Shown here in pieces: positions 13,215 to 24,341 of a stretch of DNA of 64,000 bases. The notes below the pieces were generated by a model. It saw only the letters and a program-made list of their open reading frames with translations, was not told the origin of the DNA and did not search any database. A program made the translations under genes and the position numbers. The DNA lies in NCBI GenBank assembly GCA_040218735.1, contig JAVJQW010000061.1, forward strand, positions 128,001-192,000. Direction: 5' to 3'. Every line of letters begins with the position of its first letter. Position 1 is the first letter of the stretch. The DNA is from Deltaproteobacteria bacterium (GTDB taxonomy: Bacteria > Myxococcota > Kuafuiibacteriia > Kuafuiibacteriales > Kuafuiibacteriaceae).

Positions 13215-14477
13215 ATGAAGCCCACATTCGTCCTCGCCGCCGCCCTCACCCTCACCTCGCTCCCCGCCTTCGCCGGCGACTGGGGCATCACCGGCGGCAA
13301 CTACCAGGCCACCATCGACCGCGTCGTCCAGATGCCGCACGACCAGCGGCTGCGCCGACGCGCCCACGGGATGGGGCTCGACGTCATCAACCTCACCTGG
13401 GAGGACACCGGCCGCCACTCCGGCTCCTCGGTCGGTCCGAACATCAGCGACCTCACGCTCCAGGTCCGCCAGACGATCAACGGCCGTACGCAGACGAACC
13501 TACTGCCGGTCATCCGCCACCCGAACTTCTCTGACAAAACCGGCGACATCGCCGCCGACAAGATCTGGGTGCGCGTGGGCAACCACGCCAAGGGCGGCGA
13601 GCTCGTCGCGGTGCCGCTCACCGAGGTGCTCTCGAACCTCCGCGAATACCTGAGCACGCCCGGTAGCCTCCGCGGGAGCGACAACCTCCTCGCCGAGCGC
13701 GACTCCCACTTCCTCGTCAGCGCGCAGCACGTGTTCGTGCCGATCCCCAAGCGCGGCAAGGCCGAGTTCAACCCGGTGCTCTTCAACTACCAGTCGTCCG
13801 CGCAGAACCCGGCCGTGCTCACGCTGCTCGTCACGCGTCAGGGCACCAGCGCGACGATCATCGACAACAGCGGCGGCGACCAGAGCTACCAGGGTTGGGG
13901 CCAGCAGCTCTTCTTCAACAACGCCGGCCAGAAGACGGTCTTCACCGCCGAGCGCAAGAGCGACGTGAAGCAGCGCATCGAGTCGGGCCGCGCGCAGGGC
14001 CAGGACGTCGGCGCGCTGGAGGAAGGCGCGAACATGATGATGATCGTGCAGGTCCCCCTCAAGCACCGCGCGGCGCGTCGCGGCTACGGCAGCATGATGG
14101 ACGAAGGTCTGGCGCCGAGCGCTCCGATGGCCTCGGGCGGCGCGCCGATGAAGAAGTCGCGCCGTCGCAGCCGCAGCATGGAGCGCAGCGACGTCGAAGA
14201 AGCGGTGCTCGGCCACGGCAAGGACCTCGGCCCGTTCCGCGAGATGGCGGGGATGAAGCTCGAGCGCGACGACCGCTTCCCGGTCCGCATCACCGTGCAG
14301 TTCTACCAGGCGACCAGCAACGGCGTCGTGTCGCAGCAGGACCTCGTCAACGTGCGTGACTCGATCAACAAGGTCTACGCGAGCGCCGACTACGTCGGTT
14401 CCCTCGTCGTCCCGAACGGCCCGCGCCACCGCCCCACCGACTGGCACCGCCGCCTGGAAGCCGTCAGCTGGCGGTAG
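13215..14477 (+). CDS. Secreted hypothetical protein
   Basis: Signal peptide ending AFA; strong GC3 codon bias; motifs TWEDTGR, GPNISD, FNYQS. Confidence 0.8.
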   Translation: MKPTFVLAAALTLTSLPAFAGDWGITGGNYQATIDRVVQMPHDQRLRRRAHGMGLDVINLTWEDTGRHSGSSVGPNISDLTLQVRQTINGRTQTNLLPVIRHPNFSDKTGDIAADKIWVRVGNHAKGGELVAVPLTEVLSNLREYLSTPGSLRGSDNLLAERDSHFLVSAQHVFVPIPKRGKAEFNPVLFNYQSSAQNPAVLTLLVTRQGTSATIIDNSGGDQSYQGWGQQLFFNNAGQKTVFTAERKSDVKQRIESGRAQGQDVGALEEGANMMMIVQVPLKHRAARRGYGSMMDEGLAPSAPMASGGAPMKKSRRRSRSMERSDVEEAVLGHGKDLGPFREMAGMKLERDDRFPVRITVQFYQATSNGVVSQQDLVNVRDSINKVYASADYVGSLVVPNGPRHRPTDWHRRLEAVSWR

Positions 14478-14486
14478 GTTGCAAGC

Positions 14487-15821
14487 TCACTTGCACACGT
14501 CGGTGACGTCGATCGTCACGTCGAAGATCTCGGCCCGCGCGCCGCAATCGGCCGCCACCGAGAGCCCCACCTGATACTGCCCGACCCGCAGCGGCAGGAA
14601 CGTCGCCGCCCCGTCTTCACCCTCGACGACCTGCGGTCGACCCGGGCCCAAGAGCAGCCAATCGAAGTGCCCGAGCTCGCCGCGCGTCTGCGGCTGCAGC
14701 TGCACCGGCTGGCCCGCGCAGATCTCCCCCTCGGTGCCCGCGACGACGATGTCCTCGACGGTCGGCGCGACACACGGGCGCGTGCTGCCGGAGATCGGCA
14801 TGTCGAGCGCGTTCGTCGGATCCGCGGCGCGGGACAACCGGATGTTCGCGAAGTCCGCGACGGAGTCGGACGACGGCTCGTAGATCACGGTGATCGATTG
14901 CGGCCCCGAGTACGTGCACGGGTTGCCGCACGCGCCGAGCCGGAAGGCGTCCGTGCTCACCTCCGCGACGATCTCTCCGAGCTCGCCGCAGCCGTCGTTG
15001 GTGATCGTGAAGTCGGCGACGTCGATGGCCTCGGTGAATGTCATCGAGCGCGGGTTCAACGCGATCCTCGGGACCGCGCCGTGGATCTTCACGAGGGTGT
15101 ACGGCTTGTCGGGATCGTCGGTGAGCAGGAGGACGTGCGCGAGCTCGAACGCCGCGTCGAAGTCGACCTCGATCGAGCGCGACGCCCCCGCGGGGATCTT
15201 CATGTCGGTGTCCATGACGACCTGGCCGTCGCCGTCGAGGAGGCTCGCTTCGTAGATCGCGAGGTCACCGTCGCCGACGTTTTCGAGGTCGATGGTCGCG
15301 GTGAGGCTGTCGCAGACCTTGATCGGCGCGACGGACGCGAGCGCGCCCGCGGTGTCTTCGGGGTCCTCCGTCGGATCTTCGGTCGGATCCTCGGTGGGGT
15401 CTTCGACCGCCTCCGGGAAGGCCGGGCCGTCGTTGGTCCAGTGCGCTTCGGCGACGCGGTTTCCGCCGCACCGTTCGGGGTCGCGGAGGGGGGCCTTGGG
15501 ATCGCGGTTGGGATCCAGGCGCGGGTCGTCGTGTTTGATCTCCACGTGCACGAACGCGTCGGCGGCGTACCGCGGCACCGCGATCTGCACGACGTCGTTC
15601 GACGTGAGGCCGTGGCAGACCTTCGTCTCCTCGTCCGCCCCGAGCGCGGCGTTCGACGCCGAGAATGAAACGAACGCCGTCCCGGCGCGGTAGTCGCTGG
15701 TCGCTTGGAACCGCGCGGTGAGGAGCCGCGTCGCCGGATCGAAGTCGACGGTCAGGTCACCCTCGAGCGGCGAAGCGCAGCCGAGCAGCGAGAGGACGGG
15801 CACATAGAAGCGCATCTTCAT
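14487..15821 (-). CDS. Lipoprotein with Ig-like (ASPM/Hydin-like and PKD-like) domains
   Basis: SLLGC lipobox; (EDPT)3 linker; ENVGDGDL, LLTDDPDKP and ITNDG motifs. Confidence 0.7.
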   Translation of the reverse strand: MKMRFYVPVLSLLGCASPLEGDLTVDFDPATRLLTARFQATSDYRAGTAFVSFSASNAALGADEETKVCHGLTSNDVVQIAVPRYAADAFVHVEIKHDDPRLDPNRDPKAPLRDPERCGGNRVAEAHWTNDGPAFPEAVEDPTEDPTEDPTEDPEDTAGALASVAPIKVCDSLTATIDLENVGDGDLAIYEASLLDGDGQVVMDTDMKIPAGASRSIEVDFDAAFELAHVLLLTDDPDKPYTLVKIHGAVPRIALNPRSMTFTEAIDVADFTITNDGCGELGEIVAEVSTDAFRLGACGNPCTYSGPQSITVIYEPSSDSVADFANIRLSRAADPTNALDMPISGSTRPCVAPTVEDIVVAGTEGEICAGQPVQLQPQTRGELGHFDWLLLGPGRPQVVEGEDGAATFLPLRVGQYQVGLSVAADCGARAEIFDVTIDVTDVCK

Positions 15822-15930
15822 GCCCTCGTTCTTCGGCCCGCCGTGCCCCGTTTCGAGGCACCACCGACGGCTCCCCGACGGTCTTCGCACGAGTGTTCCG
15901 TTTCGAGTCACGACCCGCGCTGCGGATCGC

Positions 15931-16842
15931 TCAGGGGTGTCCAGATCCCGACAGTCGGGCGTCGAGCGCCTCGCGGTCGACGGTGCCACGCTCCGCGATG
16001 AACGCGAGCGCGGTGCGCGGCGCGTCGGTGTCGCCGAGTGTCTTCACCCACAGCCGACGCCCGACCACCTGCACCACGATGTCCTTGTTCGGGCGCTCCT
16101 CGAGGTTGAGCGTCCCCTTCACGCGGTAGATCGTCCGCGGCAGATCCTTCAGCACCGGGAGGATGTGGCGGAACGAAACCGGATCGTCCCGCACGTAGCT
16201 CCACGACTCGAAGCGCGACGCGTCGATCCCGTGCACATGCCCGAGCTTGCGCATCTGATCCGCGCGCGCCCCGAGGAGGATCGGCACCGGCACGTTGCCG
16301 TAGGAGGCCGGTACCACGCGCGCGTGCGGCGCCGCTTCGCGCACCGCTGCCTCGACCTCTTCGCGGCGAGCGTCGTCGACCGTGTCGATCTTGTTGAGGA
16401 CCACGAGGTCCGCGGCTTGGACCTGCGCGCGGGCGAGGCGATCCGTCGGATCGAAGCGCCCCGCGTCGGCGACGCCGATCAGTGCATCGAGCCGCACGGT
16501 CCCCACGCGCTCCGCGTCGATGAACAGGTCGGCGAGCGAACGTGGATCCGAGACACCGCTCGCTTCGACGACGAGGTGCTCCGGCGGGTCCTCGCGTTCG
16601 AGCACCTGGTAGACCGTGCTCATCACGCCGTCGCGCATCGCGCAGCAGATACAACCGTTCGACAGCGCGACCACGTCGTCATCGGCGGCGACGATCAGGC
16701 GTTGGTCGATCGCGAGCTCACCGAAGTCGTTCACCAGCACGCCGACGCGGCGGTCGATGGCGGGGATCAGACGGTTGACCAGCGTGGTCTTGCCGGCGCC
16801 GAGGAACCCCCCGACGACGGTGACCGGGACGTCGGTCGGCAA
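15931..16842 (-). CDS. COG0523/CobW family P-loop GTPase metallochaperone
   Basis: GFLGAGKTT, VNDFGE, GCICC, VEASG, LNKID and YRVKG motifs; TTG start abuts the upstream stop. Confidence 0.92.
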   Translation of the reverse strand: MPTDVPVTVVGGFLGAGKTTLVNRLIPAIDRRVGVLVNDFGELAIDQRLIVAADDDVVALSNGCICCAMRDGVMSTVYQVLEREDPPEHLVVEASGVSDPRSLADLFIDAERVGTVRLDALIGVADAGRFDPTDRLARAQVQAADLVVLNKIDTVDDARREEVEAAVREAAPHARVVPASYGNVPVPILLGARADQMRKLGHVHGIDASRFESWSYVRDDPVSFRHILPVLKDLPRTIYRVKGTLNLEERPNKDIVVQVVGRRLWVKTLGDTDAPRTALAFIAERGTVDREALDARLSGSGHP

Positions 16843-17532
16843 TCAGCACCCCGACGGGAGCGGCACACACGCGCTGCTCGTCTCGGAGCCCATGAGCTTG
16901 ATGAACGTGTCGCCGATGTTGCCGCCGTCGTCGATCTGCACGAAGTCGGAGGTGAAGCCGGTCGACGTCAGCGTGAACGCGACGAGCGGGAAGTCCTGAT
17001 CCTGATCGCGCGACTGCGGCATGTCCTTGGGCAGGCCGATCAACTCGCAGAAGAACTCGTCGGCGACACAGGTGACGGACCCGCGCGCGTGGTGGTCGGC
17101 GAGGTTCGAGCTCCAGGCGAGCGTGCTGCCGGTGACCATGCCCGTCGACAAGCCGCACTCGTCGGGGCCGGCGTAGGTCTCGATGTCGGTGACGACGCCG
17201 CTCTCCTCGAAGTCGAGGACGAGCTCGTGCGCGAGGATCGTCGCGGGGCCTTCGGCGCGCGCTTCACCTTCGACGGAGTAGGCGATGGTCATCATACCTG
17301 GGCCGATGTCCTGCGTGCGGTTGCCACCGGGGACGCCGCGCACCTCGAGCTGACTACCCGCGAGGTCGTAGAACACGACGAAGCGCTCGCAGGCGCCGCC
17401 CTCGACGATGCCGCTGTCGCGCACGACGCCGCCGTCGCGGGTCGTGCCGGTGTCGTCGTCGGTGGTGGAGTCACCGCTGCAGGACGCCACGAGGAGGAAG
17501 AGGGCCACGAGGAGGGGGTCGCGCACGCGCAT
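16843..17532 (-). CDS. Hypothetical lipoprotein
   Basis: LLVASC lipobox; TATGCT 7 nt before ATG 17532; paired Cys. Confidence 0.7.
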   Translation of the reverse strand: MRVRDPLLVALFLLVASCSGDSTTDDDTGTTRDGGVVRDSGIVEGGACERFVVFYDLAGSQLEVRGVPGGNRTQDIGPGMMTIAYSVEGEARAEGPATILAHELVLDFEESGVVTDIETYAGPDECGLSTGMVTGSTLAWSSNLADHHARGSVTCVADEFFCELIGLPKDMPQSRDQDQDFPLVAFTLTSTGFTSDFVQIDDGGNIGDTFIKLMGSETSSACVPLPSGC

Positions 17533-17570
17533 CGGGCGGAGCATATCCCGACGCTGGCGCGTGTACTACG

Positions 17571-18896
17571 ATGCGGTCGTTGGACGCGAAGCCCATCCTC
17601 TGCGCGGTGCTCCTCACCGCGTGTGCGCCGCCCGAGTCGCCGATGCGCTGGCTCGGGTTCCCCGGCGACGGGACGGCGAAGACGGCGATCATCGCCTCGC
17701 GGAGCCCGACGCTCGAGCTGGAGGTCGTGGACCTCGAAGACCCCACGTTCACCGAGCTCGACCTCGGTGACCGCCCCCCGTACCGCGCCGCGCACGTGCT
17801 GCTGTACGCCGACACCCCTCGGCAGCTCGGCTACGAACCGGGGAAGCTGATCGCGGGTACGTCCGACGCCGACAGCATCCCGCTCGTGTCACCGAACCGG
17901 GGCGTGTACGCGACGTCGATCGACGAGGACTCGCTGGAGGTCAGCTGGCTGCAGAACACCAACGTGCCGGACGACATCGCCGACTTCCGCGTGCGGGTCT
18001 CGGACGAGTGTGCGTTGTTCGGCGCGGCGACGGTGCAGGAGTCGGTGGAGGGCATCGTCTACTTCCGCATCCCGATCGACGACGAGCACGTGCTGGTGCG
18101 CTCCACGCGCGACGTGTTGATCGTGTCGCGCGACGGCGTCGTGAACCTGAACGGGATGAGCGAGCTCGACCGGATGTGGAGCGCGTACCTCGCGCCGAAC
18201 GGCGACCTCTACCTCGGTGACTTCATCGGCGGGATCTGGCGCGGTCGGGTGTCGGCCGAGACCGGCGTCACGAACGCGGTGCTGCTGCGCGACACGGACC
18301 TCGGGCAGATCGTGTCGATGGACGGCAACGTCGACGCGGACGGCAACGTGGAGCTGGTGATGCTCGATCGGAACGCGCGGGCGGGCTGGTTGAGCGGCGA
18401 CGACTTCACGGACCTCGGCCCGGTCGATCCGCCGCGTGTCCCGGTGGTGTGGGCGGAGCAGGGCGTCGGGTACATCGCGGCGGAGGGGATCGACAAGGTG
18501 CTGCGGCTGTCGCCTTCGGGTGTGACGACCGAGAACATCGGCGCGGGGAGTCAGGTCTGGCACCTGTCGGGGCACGACCAGCTCGGCGTCGTCGCGGGCA
18601 CCGCGGAGGGGCACTTCTTCGCGCTGAACGCGCCGCGGCGCCGTTGGGGACAGCTCGAGGGCGCGGACTTCGGTTGGTGGGGCGTGGGCTCGGCGCCGTA
18701 CGAAGACGGCTTTGCGTTCATGCTCGCGTCCGGGTTCATCGGCACCTACAAGCCGGCGCGCGGGTTCTGCGAGGCGATGCCGTTCCTGAGGATCATCGAA
18801 GCCGGAGGGTTGGCGGCGGCGGGCGAGGATCTGGTGGTGACGGCGGTGCCGGACGACGAGGAGACGACTTCGATCCTCTACATCCCGCGGCTCTGA
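17571..18896 (+). CDS. Hypothetical lipoprotein, beta-propeller-like C-terminus
   Basis: LLTAC lipobox; beta-rich repeats. Confidence 0.7.
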   Translation: MRSLDAKPILCAVLLTACAPPESPMRWLGFPGDGTAKTAIIASRSPTLELEVVDLEDPTFTELDLGDRPPYRAAHVLLYADTPRQLGYEPGKLIAGTSDADSIPLVSPNRGVYATSIDEDSLEVSWLQNTNVPDDIADFRVRVSDECALFGAATVQESVEGIVYFRIPIDDEHVLVRSTRDVLIVSRDGVVNLNGMSELDRMWSAYLAPNGDLYLGDFIGGIWRGRVSAETGVTNAVLLRDTDLGQIVSMDGNVDADGNVELVMLDRNARAGWLSGDDFTDLGPVDPPRVPVVWAEQGVGYIAAEGIDKVLRLSPSGVTTENIGAGSQVWHLSGHDQLGVVAGTAEGHFFALNAPRRRWGQLEGADFGWWGVGSAPYEDGFAFMLASGFIGTYKPARGFCEAMPFLRIIEAGGLAAAGEDLVVTAVPDDEETTSILYIPRL

Positions 18897-19714
18897 GCTC
18901 CGTAGAAACGCGTCATCTCTTCGCCCCGTTCGTACGCTTCGAACCAGGTGCTCGCCCAACGCGGGAGCGAGGCGCGATCCGGATCGTGCCACGGCGTCTG
19001 CGACAGCAGGATGCGGCTGGACGCGACCCACTTGTCGCGGCGCGGGACTTCGCCGAACGCACGTTGGCCGTGGGTTCGTGTCTCCTCCTCCGGGACGTGT
19101 TTGCGGAACTCGGCGCGCATCGCGCGGAGGAAGTCCGAGATGCGTCGGCGGAGCGTGGGGAACCGTCGTAGGCGCGCGAAGCGATCGCCGTAGAGGTGGT
19201 GATACACCGCGAGCGCAGAGCTGCGGTGCTCGATCTCCTCGCAGAAGTGCCACAGGAGCAGCGAAGCGACGCGGGCGTCGCCGTCGCCCATCAAGACGCG
19301 GCGGTTGTCGATGACGAGCTTGAAGGAGGGTGTGAACGTCGCCTCCAGCGCGGCGATCGCGCAGAGGCTCTCCTCGACGCTGTCGAACTTCCACGTCCGT
19401 TCGAAGTAGGACGTTGCAAGTTGTCTTGCGTCGGCGAGACCGGGGTAGCGCTCGATGAGCGCTTTGACGTGTTTGTTGTGCGCGGCGGCGTGGACGGCTT
19501 CCTGCTCGGTGAACTGCAGGGCCTCCTCGCGGATCGCTTCGTCGCGGATCTCGGGGATGACCTGGCGCATGACGCGCACGAGCCACGCTTCGAAGCCGAT
19601 CGCGCCGAAGGAGATCGAGTTGCCCCACATCGAGAAGCCGGGGTTGTTCGGGTTCCAGAGGAATCGAACGCCGTCGAACTCGAACGGCAGGCGGCGCACC
19701 ACCAGGTCAGACAT
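18878..19714 (-). CDS. Predicted metal-dependent hydrolase (ferritin-like family)
   Basis: QEAVHAAAH, ALEATF and WHFCEEIEHRS motifs. Confidence 0.85.
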   Translation of the reverse strand: MSDLVVRRLPFEFDGVRFLWNPNNPGFSMWGNSISFGAIGFEAWLVRVMRQVIPEIRDEAIREEALQFTEQEAVHAAAHNKHVKALIERYPGLADARQLATSYFERTWKFDSVEESLCAIAALEATFTPSFKLVIDNRRVLMGDGDARVASLLLWHFCEEIEHRSSALAVYHHLYGDRFARLRRFPTLRRRISDFLRAMRAEFRKHVPEEETRTHGQRAFGEVPRRDKWVASSRILLSQTPWHDPDRASLPRWASTWFEAYERGEEMTRFYGAQSRGM

Positions 19715-20824
19715 CGGTCACCTCGTCCACCGCGAGCGCGAAGGCGCGCAGCTGTTCGGCGAATCGAGCGGGCTGCTCGAGCGCGGCGAAGTGGCCGCCC
19801 GCTTCGGAGTGGGCGTAGGACACGAGGTTCGAAAAACGCGAGGCCGCCCACCGGCGCGACGGCCTCGAGATCTCGCCCGGGAAGATCGTGCACCCCACCG
19901 GGCCTTCGACGGGTGCGAGGTCCGGCTTCGCGTAGCTCTCCCAGTACAGCCGCGCCGCCGAAGCCGCCGACCGCGTGACCCACCACAGCGTCAGGTTGTC
20001 GAGGAGGCGGTCGACGCTCACGCCGCCGAAGTCCGGGCCGTCGGTCCACGCCGCGAACTTGTCGAGGATCCAGGCCGCGAGCGCGATCGGCGAGTCCACC
20101 AGCCCGTAGCCGATCGTCTGCGGACGCGTGGACTGGATCGCCGCGTAACCGGCGCCGGCGCGCGCGTGGTTCTTCGCGTCAGCGAGCGCGATGCGCTCCT
20201 CCTCGGTCGGCGCGCTCACGACCTCGGGCGGGGGCTTCGCGAGGACGAGGTTGAGGTGCGCCGCGCGGCAGGCGTCGGGGTGCCGGTCGAGGAGCGCGGT
20301 GGAGATCATGGCGCCCCAGTCGCCGCCCTGCGCGAGGTACCGCGGGTAGCCGAGCGCGCCCATGAGGGTGTGCCACGCGTCGGCGATCCTCTCGACGTTC
20401 CACCCCGGGACCCTCGGCGCCGAAGAGAACCCGTACCCGGGGAGGCTCGGGACGACGACGTGGAACGCGGGCCCCGCGTCGGGTTCCAGGAGGAGCGGCA
20501 GCACGTCGAGGAACTCGATCACCGAGCCCGGCCAGCCGTGAGTGAGGACGAGCGGGCGGGCGTCGGGCCGTGGGGAGCGCGCGTGGAGGAAGTGGATGTC
20601 GACGTCGTCGATCGTCAGGAGCGACGAGCCCCGTTCGACGAGCTCGCGCTCGCAGCGACGCCAGTCGTAGCCGTGGATCCAGCGCTCGACGATCGGGCGC
20701 AGGACGTCCGCGCCGATCCCCTGCGAGGGGTGCGTCGATTCGTCCGGCCACCGGGTCCGAGTCAGCCGGGCCGCGAGGTCCGAGAGCTCTTCGTCGGGGA
20801 CGTTGGGTTGGAAGCGTCGGACGT

Positions 20825-20828
<4 letters not shown>
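19707..20828 (-). CDS. Epoxide hydrolase
   Basis: RTRWP, YDWR, HGWPGS, PSLPGYGFS, QGGDWG and GGHFAALEQP motifs; ATG 20828. Confidence 0.93.
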
Positions 20829-22519
<1,691 letters not shown>

Positions 22520-22605
22520 GCGTGGGGCCACGGTAAGCCGAATCAGCGCGGAGCGACTGTCTCGATTTCGCACTTGATGCGTGCGTCTGTGCTACTGATT
22601 GCGGC

Positions 22606-23490
22606 GTGGACGATCGACGGGTCTTCGTCGCGGTCGCCAACGCCGGGAGCTACCAGGCGGCGGCCCATCGGCTCCAGCTCGCGCGGACGACGGTGATGCG
22701 CCGCGTGGAGGCGCTGGAGGCCGAGGTCGGGTTGGAGCTCGTGCAGCGGTCCGGGCGGACCATCGCGCTGACCGAGGCGGGTCGTCAGCTCGCGGACGGG
22801 CTTCGCGGTCTCTACTCGCGCCAGGACAAACTCGAAGCCCACCTGCGCGCGGCCGCGGGGGAGGCGGCGGGGACGATCCGGCTCGTCGGGCCCGAGCTGG
22901 GGACCGGGTACGGGCTGGTGGATCCGATCGCCGCGTTCGTCGAAGCGCACCCGAGCATCACGGTGCACCTCGAGCTCGGCCGCGACATGCGGGCGCTGCG
23001 GCCTGGTGAGTTCGACGTCGCGCTGCAGCTCGGGCACCGCATCAACCCGGACCTCCTCGCGTGTGTCCTCTTCCAGGAGCGCATGATCCTCGCGGCGAGC
23101 CCGCGTTACCTCGAAGCGTTCGGCGTTCCGGAGCGTGTGGAGGATCTCGCGGAGCACCGGATCGTCGAGGAGCGCGACGCGCGCGGACGCGTCGTCCCGT
23201 GGCGCCTCGCGGACGGCACCAAGATCTCGCCGCCGGCGGGCGCGGTCGCCGCGAACGGCATCGGGGTGGTGATGGGTTTGGCGCTCGAGGGCGTCGGGGT
23301 GGCGCGGCTCCCGCGATCGTTGATCGGCCACGCGTTGGTGGACGGCGCGCTCGAGACGGTGCTCCCCGAGATCTACAGTGAGGACCCGGTGAGCTTCGTG
23401 TACTTTCCGGGTCCGTCGGCGGCGACGCGTGCGTTCCTCGACTTCATGACGAAGTGGGATCACCGGCGGCGTTGGGAAGGTGAAGGATGA
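22606..23490 (+). CDS. LysR family transcriptional regulator
   Basis: N-terminal HTH (GSYQAAA...LTEAG) and CrgA-like substrate domain; divergent from the hydrolase operon. Confidence 0.92.
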   Translation: MDDRRVFVAVANAGSYQAAAHRLQLARTTVMRRVEALEAEVGLELVQRSGRTIALTEAGRQLADGLRGLYSRQDKLEAHLRAAAGEAAGTIRLVGPELGTGYGLVDPIAAFVEAHPSITVHLELGRDMRALRPGEFDVALQLGHRINPDLLACVLFQERMILAASPRYLEAFGVPERVEDLAEHRIVEERDARGRVVPWRLADGTKISPPAGAVAANGIGVVMGLALEGVGVARLPRSLIGHALVDGALETVLPEIYSEDPVSFVYFPGPSAATRAFLDFMTKWDHRRRWEGEG

Positions 23491-23849
23491 CCGAAGAACG
23501 AGACGTGCCCATCAAGCTCCCCAAGCGGGCGACGATGGCCGACTTTCAGCGCTACGTGCACGACCTCGAGGCGATGCACGGGTGGCTCGACGTGGACCTC
23601 GTGCACAACTGCTTCCTCATGGGCGAGGAGGTCGGCGAGCTGTTCAAGGCGGTGCGTCGGTACGGGAAGATGTTCGAGCAGGGCGGCGCGAAGGCGCTCG
23701 CGAACGACGAGGCGAAGACCCACGTCGCGGAGGAGCTCGTGGACGTCTTCAACTACCTCGCGGCCCTCGCGAACCGGCTGGACATCGATCTCGAAGCGGC
23801 GTTCGTCGCGAAGAACGAGAAGAACCAGCGGCGGACCTGGAGCGACTGA
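23487..23849 (+). CDS. MazG-like nucleotide pyrophosphohydrolase
   Basis: EEVGEL and EELVDV motifs; KNEKNxxR. Confidence 0.88.
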   Translation: MTEERDVPIKLPKRATMADFQRYVHDLEAMHGWLDVDLVHNCFLMGEEVGELFKAVRRYGKMFEQGGAKALANDEAKTHVAEELVDVFNYLAALANRLDIDLEAAFVAKNEKNQRRTWSD

Positions 23850-24166
23850 TGTACGTGATCGTGTTGAAGTACGTGAAGCCGCTGCCCGAAGTCGACAAAC
23901 ACATGCGCGCGCACGTCGCCTACCTGAAGGCGCAGTACCGCGACGGCGTGTTCATCGCCTCGGGCCGCCGCAACCCACGCACCGGCGGCGTGATCCTCGC
24001 GCGCGCGATGAGCCCGGAGGCGCTCGCCGAGATCCTCGCGAAGGACCCCTTCTTCGTGCACGGCCTCGCGGAGTTCGACATCATCGACTTCGCGACGAGC
24101 ATGTACGCCGAAGCGTTCGAGCCCTTCGCGGACGATGACAAGGTGCCGCGAGGACGCGTGGGGTGA
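23849..24166 (+). CDS. YciI family protein
   Basis: TGATG coupling; AHVAYL, SGRRNPRTGGVIL and DPF motifs. Confidence 0.88.
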   Translation: MYVIVLKYVKPLPEVDKHMRAHVAYLKAQYRDGVFIASGRRNPRTGGVILARAMSPEALAEILAKDPFFVHGLAEFDIIDFATSMYAEAFEPFADDDKVPRGRVG

Positions 24167-24192
24167 GATCGGATTCGGGGGGTGAGGAGAGT

Positions 24193-24268
24193 TGGTGCCC
24201 AGTCCCGGACTCGAACCAGGGACACGCGGATTTTCAATCCACTGCTCTACCAACTGAGCTAACTGGGC
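24193..24268 (-). tRNA. tRNA-Phe (GAA)
   Basis: 76-nt cloverleaf GCCCAGT TAGCTCAGTTGGTAGAGC A GTGGA TTGAAAA TCCGC ... GGTTCGAGTCC ... ACTGGGC ACCA; CCA is encoded. Confidence 0.97.
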
Positions 24269-24283
24269 ACCGAGAAGGCGCAC

Positions 24284-24312
24284 GTCATACCCGCGTGACG
24301 GGAGGATGCCAA
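24284..24312 (-). promoter_or_regulatory. Putative sigma70 promoter of tRNA-Phe
   Basis: TTGGCA-N17-TATGAC on the minus strand, 15 nt upstream of the tRNA. Confidence 0.45.
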
Positions 24313-24341
24313 GCCCCAAAATGCGATAGGGTCCGACCCCG

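Noticed and set aside
23487-23849. MazG-like gene as an anti-phage system
   Set aside because: Its context (LysR, YciI, tRNA) is housekeeping-like, with no defence partners nearby.
24166-24268. tRNA-Phe as a genomic-island attachment site
   Set aside because: No integrase, no duplicated tRNA 3' end noticed, and no evident compositional shift in the window.
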